This document shows, in pieces, positions 19,989 through 30,000 of a stretch of DNA of 63,567 nucleotides; the first letter of the stretch is position 1; every line of letters begins with the position of its first letter. The notes beneath the pieces were generated by a model. The model saw nothing but the letters and a program-made list of their open reading frames with translations. It had not been told where the DNA came from and did not search any database. The stretch covers positions 1 through 63,567 of the IMG/VR virus record IMGVR_UViG_3300030430_004778; one strand, written 5' to 3'. This DNA is from a virus. Its lineage: Duplodnaviria > Caudoviricetes. The position numbers and the translations under genes are program-made.

Positions 19989-21848
19989 TTATTCTACTCT
20001 AAACCTAAACCTTTCTGGCTGTTCCACATAGCTACCATTAACCAAATAAGCAAAACTTAATTCATAGACAGTATCAAGGTCGAACATGTTCATTTCCAAG
20101 TCAAAGTAGCTACCACTCACATCATATGATAATCGAGTGTGATTTAAAGAACCAGTCCCAAAAGGAATAACTTCTAAATTATCGCTAACTCTTGTAAAAC
20201 GATAATAAGCGTCATCAATTATACTTGTTTGTATTTCTTTATTCGCTACTGTATAAATAGTTGGGGACGGATCTTTTTCGCGAGTATACAATCTAAATCT
20301 AACCTTTTCATTTTTATCATATACCGCTCTCAAATTAGTAACCTTTGACACATATTTCTGATCAAAATTAAAATCTTTACTGTCGAAAGTTTTTACGCTT
20401 ATTGCTGATCCGGTGTGGTATTCTACTGTGCCGCTGTGCCACACGTCAAAGATAGTAGTTATAGAAGAAGAAGCGTATGCAAAAGAGCATGAATAAATGC
20501 CAGTCTCAACATGAGATCCTGTAATGTTTATATGTCCGTCAGCAACAACGCCGCCGCCAGGAGGAAGTTTTAATTTATTGCCAGCGGGGGCTGTTGAGCC
20601 GCTATAAATACTAACTCGAATATTTCCTGTTCCAACTTTTGGTATATCAGTTAACTGACCTTTGACGACATTATAAAGGTAAAGATTCATTAAGTTATCA
20701 GACGCTGGAACAAGCGAAGAACTTAAAAAGAAATCGCCGCGGTGATCTTTTTTAGTATCATCCCAGCGAGCTTCAATTACAGGGCGTTTGTGAAAGAATT
20801 GTGAACCTCTCGCAAAAAACATTTTAGTGTAATATGAATTAGTTGCCGACTCTAAAGCGCTAGCAAGCTGCACTCCAAATCCATAATTAGTGTATCCGCC
20901 AGCGCTTTCACCTTTAATCCAATCCTCTACTAGATGACTAACATCAACCTCTAAATCTTCAAAACCAGTATCAAATGATTGAGTAAAAAGATACTCTGTT
21001 GGCGCAGCGTCAGATCCCGGCTTGTAGCTGCCGCCCGGTGTATCAGTGCCGTTGGCAAAATTATTCACAACAAAAGCACCCATGCCTGAATCTTGCGCGT
21101 TCGTTTTGTTACCTACGGTACCAGGAGTATTCTGCGTTACAGTGACATTATTACCTGTTTTTGATGCGGTAAAACCGATATTTGTGCCGGCATTAATCCG
21201 TGCAATAATTTGATCTGCGGTAGCTCCAGCATCGCCGCCAGCCATGCCATCGATACCAATATTAACAGTAGTACCGGGAGTATAAGCTGTGGTATTTGCC
21301 GATACGTCTACACCTGTCACAAACCCGTATGTCGTTGAGGTGCCGGCTGCGTCTGTCAATGTAAACGTCCCCGCAGTAAGCAATTCTTTCACCACAGTTA
21401 CAATTGATGCAGTAGCACGACCAGTAAACTCTGCCCAGGGCGTCCCACTAGAGGCAGAAAGCCAATTTGATGCGTCTTCATCTGAATATTCTTCCATATC
21501 CAAACCAAGACCCTCGTTCCAAGATTGAGATACAGCTTGCACTGATAAATCAAAATTTTTGGGTGTTGTTTGAAAATTTTCAGCATTGTACATTTTTAAG
21601 AAAAAACTAACACTACCAGAGGCGGGTATTGTCTTAACTGTTCTATCTGTATTTATTGCAGCCGTATCAAACTCTATCAAAACTCTTGATAATTCAGATG
21701 AGGAGGTGTTGGCTTGGGCATATATACTGAAAATTTCCAGTATATCAGACTGACCCATGTTACCGCTAACACCACGAGTTTGTAAGTTTGATTTAAATGC
21801 ATTGGTAATCGTATTATCTTTCGTAGCGTAATATCTTTTAATTCCCAT
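19989..21848 (-). CDS. Virion structural protein with DNRLRE-like N-terminal domain
   Basis: 619 aa. YATKDNTI..SRVLIEFD..QSWNEG.G..NW..W..GG..NYGF..KMFFAR..PVIEARWDD pattern is typical of DNRLRE/CBM96-like domains. Confidence 0.55.
   Translation of the reverse strand: MGIKRYYATKDNTITNAFKSNLQTRGVSGNMGQSDILEIFSIYAQANTSSSELSRVLIEFDTAAINTDRTVKTIPASGSVSFFLKMYNAENFQTTPKNFDLSVQAVSQSWNEGLGLDMEEYSDEDASNWLSASSGTPWAEFTGRATASIVTVVKELLTAGTFTLTDAAGTSTTYGFVTGVDVSANTTAYTPGTTVNIGIDGMAGGDAGATADQIIARINAGTNIGFTASKTGNNVTVTQNTPGTVGNKTNAQDSGMGAFVVNNFANGTDTPGGSYKPGSDAAPTEYLFTQSFDTGFEDLEVDVSHLVEDWIKGESAGGYTNYGFGVQLASALESATNSYYTKMFFARGSQFFHKRPVIEARWDDTKKDHRGDFFLSSSLVPASDNLMNLYLYNVVKGQLTDIPKVGTGNIRVSIYSGSTAPAGNKLKLPPGGGVVADGHINITGSHVETGIYSCSFAYASSSITTIFDVWHSGTVEYHTGSAISVKTFDSKDFNFDQKYVSKVTNLRAVYDKNEKVRFRLYTREKDPSPTIYTVANKEIQTSIIDDAYYRFTRVSDNLEVIPFGTGSLNHTRLSYDVSGSYFDLEMNMFDLDTVYELSFAYLVNGSYVEQPERFRFRVE
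21040..21423 (-). repeat. Inserted module, copy 3
   Basis: GRATASIVT..TFTLTDAAGTSTTYGF..TADQIIARINAG..VTVTQNTPGTVGNK..FANGTD. Confidence 0.6.
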
Positions 21849-23644
21849 TAGATTACTTCTCCGGTGATGTCAGCACTTGGAAATTTAACTTCAAAAATTG
21901 CGTTTTCAGGTGCAATTAAGTGCCTTCCGTCATTTGATATCATTTCATCGAAATTAAAATCGACATTAGAGTAATTTGTACCAAATTTTTGTGTTACAGT
22001 GACAAGTTTTGTATCTACCACTGATGGAATATTATTTAATACTTTATACACGTCAGTGATCTTAAAAGGCTCTCCAAAATCATAATAATTACCAGTATAA
22101 AAATCAGATAAAGTGCTTACGCACTCACTCAATACATCGAACTTGTTTATATTAGCAAAAGAAACAAGTTCAAAATTTATTTGTAAATTTATTATTCTGC
22201 CATCTAAAATATCAACAGTATCACCAACCATTTTATATTGATTAATCCAATTTCTTAAATTTTGTTTTACAATTATATTTGTATCTGCTAATTTACCATT
22301 AGAATCAGTAGACATAATATATAAGTTTAAATTTTTACCATTAAAAGACGTTTGATCTCTAGTCAATGATGCTCTTTTAATTTGTCCAAAGTTCGCTGGC
22401 ATATTATAACATAATGAAACATAATCGTCAGCAGTTACGGCTCTATTTTGAGATGAGAAAGCACCTTGACTTCTTATTTTTAATTCTTGTGATGATATTT
22501 GTGCGCTATCTCCAGTTATTTGTTCTTCATTTGTCAGTTGTAAACTGGATTGAACTAGTGAAACTTCTGCATCTAAAACATTTACGTTGGGTTTAAAAGA
22601 AAATTCAGAGTTAACAACATTTACCAACGTATCTACAGGTGCATTCATTATAGCTTGCGAATTTCTTCTATAAATAACGGTTAAAGCGGTATTTGATGGA
22701 ACAATTCCCAGTTTATTTGTTTTTAGTAAAATTGTTGGATCAAAAGATTTCTCTGTAATGTGTTCTTTACCAAAGATATCTAATGACATAGATGTTGGAT
22801 CTAATTTCTTTTCTTCGTTGTCATTTGTACCAAATCCAAACTGCAGCTCGGCGCCGTCAGTTAAAAATTCTGTTGTAAATCTTCTTGGCACCGATATTGG
22901 TTTATAAATATTCTTTGCATATTTTTTTGAATTACTTGTGTTTAAAACTGGGACGTAAACAACATCCTGTGTTAAGTAATCGACCTCATAATAATTGTTA
23001 CCTTGAGAATCAAAAACGCTAACTATTTCCGTAATATCACTGTCATTTATTTTTAATCTAAGAAACTTTTCATAATCGTCTATAGCAAAAACTGTTTCTT
23101 CTAGTTCTCCAGATACCACAGTCCCCTTGGCTTTTATAGCAAAGCGAGACGGAGAAGTGCCATCGACATTACTTGATCCAACCTCTATAAAATCTGTAGA
23201 GCTTTCAAAGTCGACATCTTCGACTAACGTAAATATCTGATTAGCAGTTGTAGAAAAAACAGAGCCTCTTCTCAATATCGGGGCATAGGTGTAATCGGGC
23301 GTTATTGAATTTTCTATTACAGGAACGGTTATAAAAAAACTTGCCTCTCCGAAAGAAGAAGCATTAGGTCTAAATTTATATCCAAACTGTTTTGATAACT
23401 TTAAAACATTAGAAAATTCCAATGCAGTATCCATAAAAGATTCGTTCGCTTGATAATCTGTATAAAAAGAAATAATATCACCAACATAAGAAACCATATC
23501 TAGCATCAAAGACCCAAAAGAAGCCTCATTGAAATCTCTAAACGTTTCAGGGTAGTATTTTTGAGCATAGTTAGTCAGCTCTTGTTTGATCGCCGCAAAA
23601 TCACGACCGGTATAGTTTATAATTGGCTTCACCACTTTTGGCAT
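21848..23644 (-). CDS. Baseplate wedge subunit, T4 gp6-like (baseplate J family)
   Basis: INYTGRDFAAIKQEL..DFNEASFG.LMLDMVSYVGD..FYTDYQANESF, LQFGFG and QNRAVTADDY are gp6-family hallmarks. Confidence 0.88.
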   Translation of the reverse strand: MPKVVKPIINYTGRDFAAIKQELTNYAQKYYPETFRDFNEASFGSLMLDMVSYVGDIISFYTDYQANESFMDTALEFSNVLKLSKQFGYKFRPNASSFGEASFFITVPVIENSITPDYTYAPILRRGSVFSTTANQIFTLVEDVDFESSTDFIEVGSSNVDGTSPSRFAIKAKGTVVSGELEETVFAIDDYEKFLRLKINDSDITEIVSVFDSQGNNYYEVDYLTQDVVYVPVLNTSNSKKYAKNIYKPISVPRRFTTEFLTDGAELQFGFGTNDNEEKKLDPTSMSLDIFGKEHITEKSFDPTILLKTNKLGIVPSNTALTVIYRRNSQAIMNAPVDTLVNVVNSEFSFKPNVNVLDAEVSLVQSSLQLTNEEQITGDSAQISSQELKIRSQGAFSSQNRAVTADDYVSLCYNMPANFGQIKRASLTRDQTSFNGKNLNLYIMSTDSNGKLADTNIIVKQNLRNWINQYKMVGDTVDILDGRIINLQINFELVSFANINKFDVLSECVSTLSDFYTGNYYDFGEPFKITDVYKVLNNIPSVVDTKLVTVTQKFGTNYSNVDFNFDEMISNDGRHLIAPENAIFEVKFPSADITGEVI

Positions 23645-23657
23645 TATTTTAAATTCC

Positions 23658-24035
23658 TTATAATATTGGTTTAATTATTTCAAATAAATCTGAAAACAGT
23701 TGTGACGGGACAGAATAAAAAAGTCTTATGCCGACCAATTGGTCGCCCTCGTCTAAAAATTCTAAACTATCAATCTCAACAAAAGGTAAATAAGTATCAA
23801 ATTGATCAGATATGGCTCTGGATATGTCATTTTGTAGTGCAAATGTGTTATTTTCAAACAAATAATTTCTTAAACCAACACCAAAATCACTCAACATCAC
23901 CCTCTCTCCTGGTGTAGTTAACAAAATATTTTTTACATTTTGTCTTATATTTTGAGCCAAGGTTTTAGTCAGAGAATAAAATCCATCTTCATCATCTTTT
24001 TGTAGTGGTATTACTGCTGAAAATCCATATGCCAT
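23658..24035 (-). CDS. Baseplate protein, gp25/GPW family (sheath initiator)
   Basis: IRQNVKNILLTTPGERVMLSDFGVGLRNYLFE. Confidence 0.92.
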   Translation of the reverse strand: MAYGFSAVIPLQKDDEDGFYSLTKTLAQNIRQNVKNILLTTPGERVMLSDFGVGLRNYLFENNTFALQNDISRAISDQFDTYLPFVEIDSLEFLDEGDQLVGIRLFYSVPSQLFSDLFEIIKPIL

Positions 24036-24051
24036 ATTGTTTTCCTCTTTT

Positions 24052-24061
24052 ATTAATTAGA
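24052..24061 (-). promoter_or_regulatory. Putative late promoter (TCTAATTAAT)
   Basis: Directly upstream of the AGAGG SD of the gp25-like gene. Confidence 0.45.
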
Positions 24062-24079
24062 AAGAAATCAATTTTATTT

Positions 24080-27000
24080 TTAATTGCTATCTGGCTCGTT
24101 GTCACTATTTTTATTAGCTTCTTTTGGTCCCAACACTTGTTCGTAGACCTTAGTGTAATTATCAAAAAATTCAGCTGATGCTTTAAATGAATCGGCACAT
24201 ATTAAAGTGGCTTGTTTTTTAGGGGTCCCTGCTTTTGTTTTTTCTTTATCAAAATCCTCATCTAATAGCTTTGCAGCAACTCCAAATGGTGTTAAAGGTC
24301 CTGGGAGGAACCACGGCGTTCTCCAAGTTGGGTCAACAGTGCTTGCGGTTGCTCTTAAAAATGATTTTAGAAGATCAAGTCCAAATTCTCCTGCGCCGTC
24401 GAGAAACATATCTATTTTTTCAAAGTTGCTTGGTTCATTGTCTTCTTGATAATCTCCAGTTAATGCTCCTACTGTTGATCTGATATTAGCCAATGCATTG
24501 TAAATTGGTCTTCTAAACATTCGTTCTATTTGGGGATAGTGCTCTTCAGTCATTATTCTGTGTAATAAAGCAATTATTGTTGTTTGTTCTTTAATAAAAA
24601 AGCAATTTAAAAAATCAACAAAAGCCTCTTTGTCTGATTCGCTTTTAATCATAACTGAGAAAAGATCATAAACGCTTGGAAACTGACCTGGTATTTCTTT
24701 TGTGAGTATCTGCTGGGTTTCTGCGCCCAAGCCTCCCTTTACACAGCCAAATTTAACTTTCATAAATCTTTGCTTCACATAAGCAAAATCGCCGCCCACG
24801 TTGTGAAGCACCGTGGGTATTTTTTTTGATGTTATCCTCACAGTGTAAGTGGCTTGTGGCTGTCCATCGGCATCGTAACCACCTACTGAGGGTGGATCTG
24901 GATACATTGAGAGCGATGACTTGCCCCCATCGGCTTTAAGAGCCTTTTGATCGTGAGGAAAAAGTGGAAGACTCTTCCCGCTTGGCCAAGAATCTCCCTT
25001 ATAGGCTAAAAAAGTTAAACCATTTTTTGTAGTATTTAAAGCTAAATAATAACTATCGGTATTCGCAAAGTCTATTTCATCATAGCCTGATTTCGGAAAT
25101 ATCCAACCCGTATAAAAAATTGTCGACTCTAGTTCGATTTTTGTTTTCTCTACAAAGGCGCCAAAAAACCCTTGACTTGAATCCCATACAGTTTCTTTAG
25201 TTTCTTTATAGACTTCTATTTCTTGATCAGTAACCCAAATACCCTTACCTTCTTGTATAAAATTTATTTCTCTTATAGAATCTTCATGTGTTCTGGGATT
25301 CTGAGTGCATCCAATTGGTTGTCTCTTTGGCGTTCTAAAATCAAAATTAAAACCAGGAGCATACACTGTGCCTACGAATTCTTCCATTAAAGTATCTTGA
25401 TAATTAATTGGCGATGGGGGTAAAGGCTCTTTAGTGTTTTGCGCTGTAGAAAAATCTTGAAACTCAAAACTGCCACCATAGTACGGCCAGCCCCAATCAA
25501 AATTTTCATTTAACTGTATATAAGGCTGAACGTTCGGAAAAAAGTCCCCTTTTGGATCTATTGCTCCTCTTAACAAGTTCATAGTTTTTTTGATACTTGG
25601 ATCTAAATCCTCCCCACTGTTTTCTGTAGGGGCATTCTTAACACTTGCTGCTTTTAATACTTGTTTTACAATTGCAGTGTATTCTTCTGGTGGTAAATCT
25701 CCATTGTCAGCCATTGATTTGATAAAAAGCCTCTCGCCGGAAACCTTAATTTTCTTAAGATCATCATCTAAATACGAAGGATAATACGTATCATTTTCAT
25801 CTGAATAGTTTTCCTCTGGGACGTAATCTTCTTTATAAAATGATTCTAGTGATTCTTGAGTTAATATATCGTATATACTAATGCCATCTATCGTGCCAGC
25901 TGTATAAATTTTATCTAGAAGCTCGGACAAAGTAAAGACTTTACCGTTTATATTCCACCAAAATGTAGAGTAATATCGGCTCAGTTTTATGGTTGTAATT
26001 TCTTTTTGTTCGGGATCAGAAAAAGCTTTTAATTTCTGATAATAACTAAAAATGTCTTTTGTATCATTTGAGAATAATAAATCATTTAATTTTAAATTGT
26101 TATTTGGATTTTCATCAAGCTTATAAAATGATTCATTGAGATAAGATTTTTTATCTATAGCAACAAAAAACTCTAACCAAGAAAGAGTTGGAATTCTTTG
26201 CTTAAGTTCATATATGGGAGCAGAAAACAAATATTTGCTTCCATCTTCAGAAGCTATCTCTTCTACACCTATTTTTTCTTTTAACAGCTCTAATTGTCTT
26301 TGATCGTGAATTTGTTCTGAATCGGTATCATTAAAAATTTTACTTGACAACTCACCAGATAAAGTAAATTTTGGAATATTTGATGATTCCTCTTTTGGTT
26401 CTGGTATTTTTGTTTCAATACGAATGACAGTTTGGACATCTAAAATTTTATAAGTTTTTTGTGTATACAACCACTCAAAAAAACTTAAATTGTCAAAATA
26501 TTCTTGCGGGTCTTTAATTTTATCTTGCAAAAAATCATAAAAATCTTCAACAATCTTCATATCAATACCAGCGTATCCACTGTATCCACCATTATTTTGA
26601 GTGCCGTAGATGTTCTCAAAAGATAAAAATTCAAAAAATTCAGAAATTCTTGTTTTCGAGTTCTTTAAATATAGTGAGTTTAAATACGAACCAAAATCTG
26701 CATTGTTTAAAAGTTGTCCCGGCTCTAATGATATATCTTCTTCGGAAAGAAAATCTTTAGAAAACGGACCACCCCAAGGAGAATCTACTATATTAAAACC
26801 ACCCGTCTCATCGGTGTATTCGTGATATATATATTTATTTAATAAGTGTGTAAAATCATTTAGTTTTATTTTCCCATTTAAAGATAAATTTATTTTTTTA
26901 AAGAGTTCTCCATTATCAGCTGTTTTGATAAACTGATACCATTCCATGCTTTTTTCGTTAGCAAAAAACTCTTCCGGTTTATCATAATTAAGCTTAAAAA

Positions 27001-30000
27001 TCCAATAAAACAGATCAAAATTTACTTTATCAACCTCATGCTCAGGCTCTGGTGAGTACGGTCCAATAGTTGGTTTTGTTATTCTTCTAAAATCATAATA
27101 ATATTTCCATAAAACAGAATCAGTAAATGGAGGTGCAGGACTGAAATCGTCTAAACTGTGAATAAAATCAATAGCTTGAGGAAACATCATAAAAAGTTTA
27201 CTTTCATAGAATAAGAGTTTAAGCTTTTTTCTATATATTTTTTGCTCTTTGAACCCTGATGGTTCCAGCATAGCAGAAGCCTTTAATAAAAACTGTTCTA
27301 TTGTGTTCTTTACTTCCGGATCAAATGTGTTAGACATTATGGTAGCATTTGGCTTGATTTCTATGTACTTTTGTAAAACAAAACCCTTATCGTTGCCGAA
27401 TGTTAATTTGTCCAACAAAGCACTCGATTTAAATAAGAAATCCTCATTGTCAAAATATTCTTTTTCTTCATTATTTTCTAATCTGTAAAATGGTATTTTA
27501 TATGGAGTAGCTTCATCTTTATCTTGCGCTATTAATATTTTTTGTTCTTCATTGGAATCTAAATAGCTTCTAGCATCAAAATCTCGTACTGAATCTATCA
27601 CTCCTTGGTAAAAAGTTGCCATACCGTCATTTTGTATTGCTCTTAATTTTTCCGAGTAAGTAAATTGAGCATCATTAACATCCAATAAAGCATCATTTAC
27701 CGTATCATCCAAATCGGCAAACGAAGTTTGTTCTTTTAAAAGTTGATATTCTGTCGTGCCAAATATCGTTGTGGTATTTACACCAAATCCGTTCTCATAG
27801 GCTTTTTTAAATTGATCTTTAATAAATTGTATTTGAGAATTTACAACAAAATTAAATGCTTGTGTGTCTGTAATATCATTGTTTTGAAATATAATTCTGG
27901 TGATGTCTGTTATAAACCTCACAAATACATCGTCATAAAATTTTTCATATGATGTTCTGCCACCAGTTACAGCGCTCTCGACTGCTTTGATAGTATTTAT
28001 TTTTATTATTTGTTCGTAAATTGAGTTTGATGTGGGCGATATTGTATCAAAAACCAAATCTTTTGGAAATAAACCTATAACAAAGAAAGACTTCATCATT
28101 TCTTGTAATGCAATAGATCGAATAAACGCATCAAATGATACTTTTAGCAATGCGACATTTGATGGTGCTATAGTGGGAGAATCTTTTGCATAACAAGCTA
28201 TTCTTTCAGCTAAATTTAAAGTTTGAGTCGTTAAAACTGAATTGTCCATAAACCCAAGAAAACATTTATCAGTCAGTTGTCCACTTTGTATCTGCTGTAA
28301 ATCAGTTGTTATCAACTTATTTAAATTTAGCTTATTAAAATTTTCAAGAAAATATAATCCCGTCTTAAATGGATATAATAGCATATCTTTAAAAATGGAA
28401 TTTAATAAAACAGAATAAATATCTTCAGATTGTATTTTTTCATAATATAAAATATCTCCAATACTTTCTTTTATAAAAGACGAATATTCTGGTTGTGTTA
28501 TCACGCCATCAGAAGTATTAAAGAGAATGTATTCCGGTGATGTTATAAGATTTAAATCAGAATCTAAAATTCCTGGTCCTTCTAAATCTTCTCTTTGTAA
28601 TTGTCTTTTAGCAAAATAGTTTCTTTCTTGATAAGAAGCGATATCAACAAAAGGTTCTAACTCGTTTTTATTTTTATTTTTTAAATTACTGTAAGCAAAA
28701 TTAATCTGATTATCAGCAGAATCAAATCTAAACTGGATTGTTTGTTTGACTGGTATGTTTTGATAATTAAGTGATACTACTTGCCTATTATTTTCAAATG
28801 TAGCATAATCAAGTTTTAAATCTTCAGATAGTTGTAATATTTGTTTATAATTTTCTAATCCAGCAACTTTATTTTGTTTTGTAAAATCATTAAAAATTTG
28901 TTCGTTTTCTGGATTGCCATATACACTATAAAAATCAACCGAAGCTTCGCCATAATCAGGAGAGAGACTACCATAATTTGATAACCCGCGTCTAGTGTTC
29001 AAAAAAGCTTTTTTTGACATATCAACAGCTACTTCAGTTGACTTATTTAAGGATTCAAAAATAGAGGATGCTACAGTTTTTAAAGTAAATTTTTCTGCAT
29101 CTGTGAAATATTTTATACCAGCTTCACAGGGGTCGGGTGCTATGTTTTCTCCCAACAGCGGACCAATCGCCTTCTCAACAATTTCTTCCACTACTTCGAC
29201 TTTAGAGGCGTAATTTGCAGCTAATGCTTCTCTAATTGCATCATCGTCTAAGCCTTCAAACAAACTCCCCAATGCAGAATCATCATACCCAAAACATATG
29301 TCAAGTAGTACTTGTTTTTGTTTATTATAATCGTGTTGGAAATTAACTATAAGCGCTGGGTCAATGCTTTTTGATATAATATCAAAAAGTTCTCTTATTC
29401 CAGCTTCATTTACATAGTATTTATAAAAGGCACTCTCTTTGCTAAGGGGAGTTGGGGTTAGGGAATCTAAAGCATTAATTGCTTTTACATATAAAGAATC
29501 TCGTGCAGTTTCATCAAGAAGAGAGGCAATCTCGTTGATGCTGAAAGTTTCAGATAATTTAGACAGTATAGTGTCAAACAAACTTGCCGTCATTAATTTA
29601 TCTTTTGACAATATCTCTTTGTATGTGATTGTATCTGTAGAGTCTCCCGCTGCGGTATCGCTGCCCTTATTTGTACTACTAGCCATATATCCGGAAAGAT
29701 CAATCGCTCCAGTTGGATTGTATGGGGCATTTACCCTCTCTTGATCACTACATGCTTTTACAGTTTCGCTTATAACGTACATTATTCCATTAATCAACAA
29801 ATCTCTACCAAAATTTAGCCCAATCTGTATTAGAGAATCAACAAATTCTCCTATAATATCAAGGAATGGATAATCTACTCTGCCAAATATTTCTAATTTC
29901 TTTTTTAAGGCTTCATATATTGCTTTACCTTGATCTTCTAGAAAATCAGCAACGTCCTCTGTGTTATCTACGAGAAGATATATTGCATAACCAACAGCTG

